Of a stretch of DNA of 64,000 bases, positions 26,941 to 38,500 are shown piece by piece. Numbering within the stretch: the first letter of the stretch is position 1; the number at the start of each line of letters is the position of its first letter. The DNA is from Haliotis rufescens (Eukaryota): positions 30,814,001 to 30,878,000 of the forward strand of contig NW_025963857.1 of NCBI RefSeq assembly GCF_023055435.1. Direction: 5' to 3'. A program made the position numbers and the translations under genes. The notes below the pieces were generated by a model that saw nothing but the letters and a program-made list of their open reading frames with translations, did no database searches and was not told the DNA's origin.

Positions 26941-27111
26941 CACGTGGAACTGTTATTGCTTGTAAAAATACTTTGACCAATCAGATGCCAGTGCTATATA
27001 TATATCCCGGATACTCACAGATGTGACCTCTCCCTATTTGACCTTACACGGCTGACTGTATCGCCTCGACTGTGCAATGATGTTTTAGAAATAAATCAAG
27101 GAAAGGTGAGT
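26941..27111 (+). promoter_or_regulatory. Candidate core promoter and non-coding first exon of arrestin-fusion copy 1
   Basis: CACGTG at 26941, CCAAT at 26977, TATATA at 26995 and a consensus donor AAG|GTGAGT at 27105/27106. The first coding exon has a matching acceptor, tgtttctctag|G, at 29321/29322. Confidence 0.5.
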
Positions 27112-28864
27112 GGCAAGTAACATAAATAGAGTTCGTACGGAATAGTTTGACTCGTATCAATAAAACACCGACTTCGAAATTTAGACAGAAGCAAAATCAG
27201 TTCTCTATCGTCGTCAGAAACTGTCGTGGACTGAAGGCCAAGTCGCTTGTTGCCGAGGTGGTGTGTCGCGAGCTACCTGCTTTTTTGTTTTATTCATCTG
27301 CCAAATAATGTACAGAATAATACGTGAACAAAATTTTCAAACCAAGCAACGTTGACGACTCGTTCGTCTCTATCATCCTCCCACAAGATCACAGTGAAAG
27401 TATATTTTTATGCAGCGAGAAAAAGACGAGTCCGATCACAAGGGAGGTAACTCAATCTTGTTAACTACATTTGTAGGTCGTGTTGGTCGGTACAGGTTCG
27501 AGTCGCCCTGAATAAAAAAAATGTTTTTCCTACAGAGTCTGAACATTTTCAATTTTTCACCCATTGCTAACCCTTGATGCTTAGGAGATCAATGTCTTAG
27601 AACTTTATGACTGTATATAAATCATGATTGATGCGCTTTTAGGGCAATCTCTGTGTAACTCCGACAGTTTAATTTTTAACGGTCATGTTATTTCCAACAT
27701 ATTGGTAATGGTATATATTGTATTTAGATACACAGGTACAATTCCTGGTGATATCTTTTTTCAACGCACCAGAAACATTAATTTCTACTTTGTCGTAAAA
27801 TTCCATCAATGAAATGAATATAAACAAATGCTAGTAGAGCATCTCAATAGTTGGCAAACGTAACTATTTATAATTAAACGATTTTAGTTATCTGGAATCA
27901 AAGTTGAGGGTGATTATGAGTAAAGAATGTTTCGACCGGAACCAGACGAAAGTATCAACTTATACATTTTCATGTAGTTGCCCTAAAGGATTATTATTAC
28001 ATCCTATGTTTCAGATTCAGGATGTGGTGTGTCATCTGATCGTGTGAGGTTTGTATAATCCATGTATCGTCAGACAAACATGTCGGAATTTGATGTGCAC
28101 ATAAATAACCTGTATGATAACATAATTACTGATTTTAAAAAAATGCCAGTTTCGAATAGATAAAAGCCTGTTTGGCAATATCAGACTTTCTTTCACCATA
28201 CGTTGATACCGTCTTAAACAATGTGGTCGGTATCGCGACATAACAGTACACACATCGACGGCCCAGTTAATATAATATATAACATGTTACTTGGCATGAT
28301 CACTTCATGTTGATACAGGTGAGCAGAAACGGAATTTCTCGACTGTAATTTGGATTCCCCGATATTCTGTCGTGGTGAAAGGAGTCCGCTTCGGTGGGCG
28401 TGGCTTGATTTTTTTTTCATTCATTGGGAAATGAATGCATAACACGTGACCAGTTCAGCTAATCAGAATTCAAGTATTACCAGGCACACAATGGAAATTC
28501 AATTATATTTAGATGTTAACAATAATTATATAAAACAATTCTATTACATATCAAGAAGGTCCTATCACACGGAATCTGTCGTCTTCTCCACATGTTTTTC
28601 GTATGACATCGGGAATGTCCGAACTCTTATAAGGGGCCAGGCTGGGTGGGGTGGGGTGGGGTAGGTTGGTGGTGGTGGATGGTAGATGGTGCTGTATATT
28701 AACGAGTGGTGAACAAGAAGGCAGCTCTGGGCCGCGAGAAGAACGTCGTTTCATGGTTATTTTGAGCTGTTGATGAATGTGAAGCATGGTCTACGCGAGA
28801 GATGTTCCAGTCAGTGTCCCATTACACGAGTTATCAGAAAATTGTGATACTCCGTTTACTCATA

Positions 28865-28995
28865 ACAGTGACGTCACTGTCAGTATTTGGTCTCGCTGTA
28901 ATGAAGTATTAGGGCCTAATTACAAAATATGTGCCGGAAAGTTTAATCACATGGAAATTTCCGTTGACAAGCACGGCGGCGTCATTATCCCGTGT
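28865..28995 (+). promoter_or_regulatory. CRE plus kappaB-like element, conserved upstream of both paralogue ATGs
   Basis: 16-bp palindrome ACAGTGACGTCACTGT (28865-28880) and GGAAATTTCC (28953-28962). The copy 2 equivalents are TGACGTCA at 48572 and GGTAATTTCC at 48640, in otherwise diverged sequence. Confidence 0.45.
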
Positions 28996-29330
28996 TTCGT
29001 TGTAATGAATACTGTATATAACGCGGGGCTGAGATACGTCTACAGTATTTGTGGCGTATGTATGTCTGTGTTATCTGGCGTCAATATCACGTGTCAGGGC
29101 ACTCCACTGTTACAATCACAAGAGTCATCGTCACGAAACTGTCGCAATATCTGTGTTGTATATAACACAAGTGGCCACAGCCCCACTGCACTTGTTTCGA
29201 TACACACACCGTATTCAATATTGTGCACACCGTTGTGATATACACCGTCAACATTAGGCCTTACCAACCTCCAAGTATTGTTTTTCGTCAACACCGGGAT
29301 ATAAAGTGTGTGTTTCTCTAGGACTGAACG

Positions 29331-29583
29331 ATGCCGATATTCCAGACATGCGCAGTGCTTCTAGACGGCAAGAAGGAAGTGTACCGGAAGGGAGAGACGG
29401 TGACGGGGTCTTTAGTGCTGGACGTCACAGAGAATGTCATAGTTAAGGGGGTCAGAGTTTACCTGTATGGGGAGACGCTCGTCAAGTGGGACGAGTTCTC
29501 TCCAGGCAGCCTTGGAGGAACCAAGGACTTCGTTGCCAAGGAAAAATATGTCGGACTTGTGTTTACAGTATTTGGCAAGAAAC
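29331..29583 (+). CDS. Copy 1 exon 1: Arrestin_N start
   Basis: MPIFQ..VYRKGETVTGSLVLDV..KGVRVYLYGE..VKW, a typical ARRDC N-terminus; donor gtaagt at 29584. Confidence 0.93.
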
Positions 29584-32500
29584 GTAAGTTTAAGAAATTT
29601 TACGTGGACTAGAATTAACATTGTCAGAAGCCTATTTTTCTTCGCTTCGAGTCTTTCAGCTAACTTTAAAAATTAAAAAAATAATCAATCAATGCGTAAA
29701 GGTAAGAGACCTTTTACAATGACTTTAAGTCTGTGTTTGTTATTGCTACCTAGCATCTGTGTCTATATTAGTCTTCGCATCTGTGTCTATGTGTGTCCAC
29801 GTAACTTCAGAAAGTCAATATTGGAAGGCGAGTAACTGTTTGACTTGGTTCAGAAAGTAGATATATAAGAAGTAAGTTACAAACTAAATATTTTTTTAGA
29901 AAATTATTTTGACGTCGACAACATACATTACCCTATGTGTTTCCTTCATTTTCATTGCATTTTTATACTAAAGCCCTATTATTGTATTGGAACACATAGA
30001 TAGATCAAGATTTTAATGTTAATTCTATTGAGGATTTGTACTCATACGGAATTCACAAATAAATTCCAGTATTTTGTTTTTGTGTATAGTTTGTATTAGT
30101 CAGACATGTGATGTTCTGTGTCAATTCAGGTAAGACAGAACTTACACAAGACCTGTACAATGTTGAAAACGGGTGATATTTGAGTCAATATCAGGCTGCT
30201 ACTCCAGATACATAATCTGTCATATGAAGTAGGTCAACACTGGTTGTACAGGTCTTTGTAGGTTTATAGCGTAGACTTTAAACCAAGCGTCTATAATAGG
30301 AGCGTTGAACATTAACATTCCAGGGCCCACTTGCACAAAGCGATCTTAGCGCTAAGATGATCGTAACTCCCATACTTTAACATAGGCTTACAATATTCTT
30401 AGCGCTAGGATCGCTTTGTGCAAGTGGACCCAGGTCATTGTGTACACAATACGATCTGCTTTATGTTGACCGTAATCGGCTACGCCCTTGAGCAAGTATT
30501 TTTTACCGGAGATCATATTACCATCTATTTCAGTTTTTGCGTGGAAAAAACAAAAATCTGATTGTGACGTCTCCATCCTTGAACCTTTGTCGGTGTTTTT
30601 ATAAGGTTACAATAATAATCAGTTCAGCTTAAATGCACAGAATCTGTCACCAGTATCCCATGCTTGTCGTAAGAGGCGACGAAAGATGATTGGATGATTA
30701 GTAAGCCCCGACGACGTGGTTCGTTTCTAGTGCAATCATCCAGTGGTTCTCCTGGTCCTGACCATCTTCCCCAGACAAGAGAGTTAACTGACTATAAAAG
30801 TCCAGTTTCCACCCTTGCCGAACTTGGCTGGTATTATGGAGTTACATTTTGGCTGGACTAACGAGTCTATGCATAGTCCAATCAAAATCGCGCACCGAAA
30901 TCGAAATCCGGTTCGTAAACTGTCGTGCAGATTTTAGCCGATTGCGGGATTTGCAAAGCATAAGCACCGCCAACTCGTTGACAGCGGATATTTTGCAAAT
31001 CTTTTCATGTTTTGAATCAAGGTACACACTTGATTTGATGCATTTCGCGATGTAAGACCCGTTTTATCACAATATAGATCTTGATTATCGATCAGATCGT
31101 CCTGACTCGGCGCCACCAAGCGATACGAGAGGTGGAATCTGATTGGTCCATAGGCGAGGCGTAGAAGGGACATAACTGGTAATAGCCACTGGTGGCGCTA
31201 CGATCGAGCCCAGTAATTCCACCCTAGTTCGGCAAGGGTGGAAACTGGACTTTTAAAGTCAGTTAACTCTCTTGCCTCGGGAAGATGGGTCCTGACTCGA
31301 TTACTACAGGCCGCCGTGATATCGCTGGGATATTGCTGACTGCGGCGTTAAACAACACTCACCTCCTCATGATTTGTGTCTGAGCATTTATACAACATAC
31401 TACTGATACCTTTGTCTCCCAGAAAACGCCACTGGTCCAAACCACACCCTTACAGCGGGACGACACAATTACAGATACAAGTTCAACCTCCCAAAGGAAG
31501 GCCTACCGTCGTCTTACGAGGGTCAGAATGGCGCCATCAGATTCTGGCTTAAGGTTGAGGTGAACAGGCCGTTCCCCAACTTCAACCAGTGCTGGTACCG
31601 TGGCATTACCGTCTTGGACGACATCAACGTCAACGACTCTCAGTATAAGGTACGAGAGTATGTCAGTGTCAACAAGGTATAAGTGTGTACCTTTTGAAGC
31701 ATCCACCTTGTATCTTGCGATGCACGAGGCGCTGTTCGTACCGTTCGAAAAAAATAGTATACCACTGAATATTTTCATACAATCTTCTGTCAAATGAGGG
31801 GCCTTACTGTAGCCTTGTGGTTATATAATAAGTCACACGGAAGACCCGAGTTCGCTTCCCAAAGCTGACACTATGTGGGAATACCCTATCGGTTCCCCAG
31901 TCACGCTTTTACTGAAATGTTGGTAATATTCACGCACAAAATAACTCGGGTCGAATTATACTAAGGCTGTTGTAATTCTGTAATTTCTGTAGTCCATTTA
32001 AGCTTTCCATAGACCACCTAAATGTATGTATATTTGTGACAGGCATCAGTTCGACGTCAGGCAAAGAAACAGATTTCTAAGGCTCTTGGTTTGGGAGATG
32101 CTGGTTCTCTCACCTTGACCGCTGCAACTGACAGGGGAGCTTACTGTGCAGGAGAAAAGATCGCACTGAAAGGTATACTTTAGGTCAAACTCCGAGTAAC
32201 ATGTCCTGTCTTATCTATGTTGATGCTTTTGGAGTTGTGTTTCAAGCCTGGAGTATAGAATCAATCCCCTGTTTCAGTTGTGGTGAAGAACGAGTCAACG
32301 AAGGACATGGGGAAATTGAAGGCTCAACTGGAGCAGAAAGTTGTCTTCACGGCCAGCAACGAGACGAAGACACGTTACACCGTTATAAGGGTCCTGGAAG
32401 GATCTCCTGTCATGAAGGTCGGTCAAGATAATGCCCCTAAAAGTGAAAGTTAGGTCTTAAATTAATACGGAATACTAGTATTTACATATGTGGAATGCTT

Positions 32501-35500
32501 GTACAGAGCAAAACACGCTTACCCTTTTCGCAGACACCTGGCGTCATCACTGATGTTCGTTTAGTGACCTTTTCATATGTCACATCTCTGTTTTGCCTTT
32601 ATGCCGTATCAGATCAGTTTCGGCAGATAATCGCGATTGATTGGCGGTGACGTTTCCTGTTTAACAAGTTCTCTTATTATCCAGGGAGAGGAGAGGGTCT
32701 GGAACAACCAACTGCTGGAGGTAGACGCCATTCCACCGTCAACCAAGACCAGGTCCTGCCACATCATCGCGGTCAGCTACTGCATCAAGGTAAGTCACCG
32801 CCCCTTGATCAATCTGGAAATTTTCATGACAAGTTGTCCGTCTAATCTAAAATTAAAAAAAGGTAAAAAACGTATAAAGGCTAGAAAAAGTACCATACGC
32901 TGGGGCATATATTTTATGGAAGATCTCAATCCGGTATTCACCTCATGCTTACGTGGTATGTTTTATTCCAAAACAAAGTGTCACAAACATAGACTTAGAG
33001 TTGTTACAAATACAGATGTCTGAGGAAATAATCAAAGACATCAACTTCCACAAAGATCTATGGTGCTGCAATGCTGTGTACTAGTTTGCGGCCTGTGAGG
33101 GTTTCGAATACCAGATTTGCCCCAACTATTATTCTTGGTGTGTCAGAACCATACCCGCACTCGATGGTTTCACCACAGTGGTAAACCTCTATGACCTCAG
33201 CCACTTTTGTCTTCCCTTCCATGTGAAGCAGATAAGCCCTGATGGAACCAACCCAAACAACGTTAAACGGAAGGAACTTAGTCACTTTGACCCAGTAATA
33301 CAGTGTAGAAATTGGCTTTATTCCATCAGGTCCTGGTTGAGGTGCCTCTAGGATTTAACCTTGAGACCATCATGCCCATCACTATCGGCACCATCCCGTA
33401 TGGCCACGCCCCTGCTGCTGGGGCACCGAGAAGGGGAGCTACTGCTAGCGGCGGTGCAGGTAAGTCTGACCCCGGCTAATTCAGTGTGTGTCCAGAGTTG
33501 TGGTTGTTTTTGAGCATTGAATATCAGGATTTATTATATACTTCAGTGTGAAAGAATGAGTTTTCCGAAGTTGACAAAAGTGATAATTTCATTACAGAGA
33601 ACATAACAATTGATACTTCACTGCAGTGAATCAAGATCTATATTGTAATAAAACGGGCCTTACCTCTCGAAGTGCATCAACTCACTTGAGCACGTTGATT
33701 AAAAACATGATAAAATTTGCAAAATATCAATCTACGCCCACTTGGCGGAACACATGCTTTTCTAATCCTGCAGTCGTACGCAATCAGCACGTTGAAATCC
33801 ATTTCGTTTAGTTCGTTATGCGATTTTGATTGGACTATGCATAGACTCGTTAGTCCAGCCTAAATATAACTCCAGAATACCAGCGGGAATACGGCAAGGG
33901 TGGAAACTTGACTTTGGACTTTTATGGTCAGTTTAATATAGCGAATGTCCAGATTGTCAGAAGACACAAAGAGAAATCTCAATTTATCCAGTTTCTGGTG
34001 GTGTCAATTACAGTGTTTGTTTAGTATTCACATGTAGGATATATTACAGTTAATATTGTTAAACCTCGCATTCTGGTTTGAACCAAAATACGCCTGATGT
34101 ACAGCAACTCTGACACAGACTAATATGTACCACCAGGCCGTTCCTTACTGTGGATTCATTTCAGAGATTGATGTCTCCAGTGCCATAACCTACACCAAAT
34201 GCAACGCCGGGTTCCATGTCTGCCGGACGTCTGAGGGGAACTTTGTGAACTACAAATACACCCCCATGTGTGCCTACGTGGTTAACTACACTTTCCCCCC
34301 TCCCCCTAGCCCCGCCGGTGGTGCTGTAGGGACACGCCCTGCTGCTGCTACTGCTGCTGCTGCTGCAACACCACGCCCTACTGCTGCTGCAGCTACTACA
34401 AAGGCACAACCCAAGCCGGCGTCTCAAGGTGTGAAGGTTCCTCCAGCAACCTTTGTCCAAGCTCCATCTTATGCCCTTGCCCCAACACCGTCCCAAGCCC
34501 CGCCCCACGTTACTGCTCCTCCCATGGTGCTACCACCGTCCTATGATGATGTGCTTAGGATGGACAATCCGGCTGCTACTACGGAAATTGCTGTCACAGT
34601 AAGTAGGCCTAGGGTCAATGAAAAACAAGAAAACCGTTATCACTATTCCCGCCATCGGGCACATTAGAATTTGAAGTGTTTACCTCAATGCTGATTTTCT
34701 AACAGCATGCAAGACAAACAGGAAGCACAAAACCCAAAGCATGGAAAAAGGGAGGGTAACACCGGACAAAAATATTAAAGGCATCAGATAATTAGCTCTT
34801 GACAGATATCTCTCAGATAAGCATGACAAATTATATTCACGTAACGTCAGTAGTTTCTGAGAGAAATTATCCCCAATGTGGCCAAAATGCGCCAAACAAG
34901 GAAACACAAAATATATTTTTTCAGAAATACCAAACTATCAAAAGTCACCAATTCAGCATGTGTTTGATGCATATGCACAGTTTCATAATAAAATATTAAA
35001 CGACATCGGAGTTTATGTTCCGGTAGCGAAACGTAAGGGGTGTAAAGACACATAGAACCCATTCCTATATCCTCCTCCCACTTCGTGGCGGGGGATAATA
35101 ACCTTCAACCGCCGCGGATCTGAAGAGTTGAACGCATTATTGCTATGGTCTGTGCCCTTTTCTAATCGGGACACGTCTTACGCAAACAGGTTGTTTTTAT
35201 CATTTGTATAAGGAACTTGCTCATGTTGCGATGAATCGATTGTCAACAAGTGTATCTAGGTTTGTAGTCTCTTTGTCCGTTCGCTCCAAGATTTACTTCA
35301 CGTCATACATTCATGGCCACAGTTCATAGATTTTGTCTTTACTTTGTTTCCAGCCGGAGATGGCAGACAAGCCGTATGGACTGCTTTTCCTTCGGTTCCC
35401 GGACACCCGTGTTCAGGAGTTCAGAGACACCATAGTGAGAGAACACCAGAGTCTTGCTGAATGTGAGGGAGAAATCATTGCATTTGCGCCACAGGTGATA

Positions 35501-38500
35501 CAAAGTTTAGTTTCCATACCCCTAGGACGAATAGAAATTCATTTTTCCTTCTTGTAATTATGTGATGCACAGCCGTGTCCCAGCTGTAATTGGACAACGG
35601 TGTTGATGGGAACGGGATTCAGTTCATGGTACACTTCCACCAATGATCAACAGCGCGTTGAACCAGACGGATAACACTGATACTGTACAGATCATGTAAT
35701 CACGTGTTATCAGTCATCTGTGAATGATTGCTTTAACGCAGTTTTAGTAATGTTCCAGCAACATAACGACATTTACATTTACATGTGGGAATGGAACAAC
35801 CCGGGCATTTCGCATGACGAGCGAACGCCATAATCACCAAGCTACAGTACATCCCCCACCCCCACCCCGCCCCAGTAGTCCTCTGTAATGGACACTATTT
35901 AAGGATTGGTTTTGGGAACACTTACTGTGTCAACGAAACCACCCTTTTCCTCACACAGTTAGAAATAGAAATTCTTATAGATATGTTAGGGCGTACTGTG
36001 ATATTTCAAAAATTATTATTGATGAAAATAATTTTGTGTCCCCCCCAAAAAAATAAAAATAAATATTTTTTTAAATAAATAAAAATAAATAAATGAAAAA
36101 ATAATGCTTGCTGCTGATGATGGATGTCCTAAAACATGTGTTGTTTGTCTTTCTGACAGTATGTTTTTAATCGACGGATCTCATATTCACTAATTCAGCA
36201 ATTCCTCCGGTGCACGCTGGAGAGAGATATATACAACTTGGTGTTAATAGTAAAATACGACAGTTAATATTTCAAGCAACCTTTTGTCATTTTGGTTTTT
36301 GGAAATTAATGACTACATTTGTTGTTTCTATGATCGATGATAGCAAAATCCTAAAATAGAGTATGCTTATAGGTCCTACAGGAACATAGCCAATGGCCAG
36401 CACGTACGTCTGTCGCCGTTTTGAAGTTTCCGTCTGCGGAGGTGGCAACTGATTGGTTCAACAAGACGCCAGGAGTAGCTGATCCAAAATGGCTGGAAAC
36501 ATGTGACGCCATTGTTGGAATTATGAAGGAACAGTTCAGAGAAGGTTTGGACGTATAGGATATATATTCCATAGAAAAATAATATTTTAACTGATCTGTG
36601 ACTTGAGTGACTATTTACGGCCATAGTCAGCAATATTCCGCTATATCATGGCGGTCTAATAATCGAGTCTGGACCGAGCAAACCAATGACTGAAAGCATG
36701 AGCGAGGATCCACAACACGAGGACACGGTGAGGACGAGGACAGCCTGACCAGCCGATGTATTAAGGTCTTCTCTTGTGACAAGAATAGAGTACTGGGGAC
36801 CAAGTCGACACAAAAATTCCTAGCTCATCTGGAAAAGGTCCCGTTTGAGCCATATTTGTTATTTTGAAAATTGAAAAGGGTATTTGGGATATTGACCTTG
36901 CCATGTCTTGGACCTTCTCATTGAACATTTTAAATTCATTTCGAGGCCTTGGTTAATCTTGACTTTTCCAAATTTGAAGCACCAGTGGTACAAAATGATG
37001 TCTGATCCAGTACACTATTTTGATTTGCGCTATGTTCCAGTGTAATTTTTAGGCGACTTGCATATACATGTGTTTCTGACGGTGCCACCGGTGGGGCAGG
37101 ATACGCTCAGCTCGCGAGTACCTGCTGTCATCACTACTTCATAGTGATTCATAAACACGTGCTTGTGATATGGTTGATGTGACGTTGTTGCGTACACAGT
37201 TGCGTTGTGGTCAGTTGTCCACAAACATGAAATATGCCAATACCATAATGTGATGCTTTCCTCATTGACAGCCAACAGCATCTTTTCAATGATAACATTG
37301 AAATACAAGCTACCAGTTAAAAAAGCCAAGGTCAACAAGTACAGCACACTGTTCAGTCAGACGCTGCGTCCTCTCAGGTAAGATTCCATGCTCACAATTG
37401 TTTAACTGATGAATCTTGCCTCATGATGCAATGTCATGTGTTTTCTTCCTCAGCTAAGGGTGATTGGTTTTGTATGACAACTCGCCTGAAGGATATTGCT
37501 TCAATCACTGATAAACAGATTCCGGGGTAGACTATGTCTTCAGCAACCCATACTTGCCGTAAAAGGCGACTATGCTTGTCATAAAAGGCGACTAACGGGG
37601 TCGGGTGGTCAGGCTCGCTGACTTGGTTGATACATGTCATCGATCCCAATTGCGTGGATCAATGCTCATGATGTCAATCACTGGATTTTCTGGTCCAGAC
37701 TCGATTATTTACAGACCGCCGTCATATAGCTGGAATATTGCTGAGTGCGGCGTTAAACAACAAACAAACAAACAAACACTGATAAACATAATGTTAGTGT
37801 GTAGAACAAGCGCAGATAGAGAATTGGGGAAAAAGGGGAGGGGTGAATGGAGTGGGATCGGTGCATGTGGATACCAGGTTAAACTTCAGTGTCAGTGGAG
37901 TAAATTGATCTCGAACAAATGACCAAATGAGTTAGTTGTAGTATTGCTTTAAAAATTCAAATGTTATATTTTAGTGCTGCTTCCCAAAAGACTGTGTGTG
38001 GGGTGTGGGGTGTCGGGTGTGGGGTGTGGAGTAGTTTCGGCTTCTCGTATGTAGAATGACCGCTCACCCGTATTGTAGCAGGTTACACAAAAACTGGCGA
38101 AATATAGTCATCAGTTATCGTTCCCTTTACACACCCCTGGAATGGGGGTTAGCGCAGGTGTGAAACACATTTGATCTCTTTGTTGTTATTATACTGAAAC
38201 TATTCTGCAGTCAAGCGGTATGAGCTATTCTGCACTAAATTTTCGAATGGATATGTATCCACGTGACATGATTGCAACATAACATACAATGTTTCACGTA
38301 CTGTCAAATTTTCAAATCATCAGCTCGTCTCTCTCTCGACATGTCTACTGTAGGGAGAAAGTAGTGCACACAAATCCTTTATTTTTGTCCATATGTCTTT
38401 AATTCTTCATATTATCTACCCTCAAGAAAACACTGTTCGACAGTTTAAAGTAGTTCATCATTTTATGCTGTAAATCTGTTGTGCAAATAAACAAATAAAC

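Noticed and set aside
37434-37922. Recurrent ORFs MVRLADLVD.. / MGSMTCINQVSEPDHP.. that look like a small gene family
   Set aside because: They are translations of family C SINE copies on both strands.
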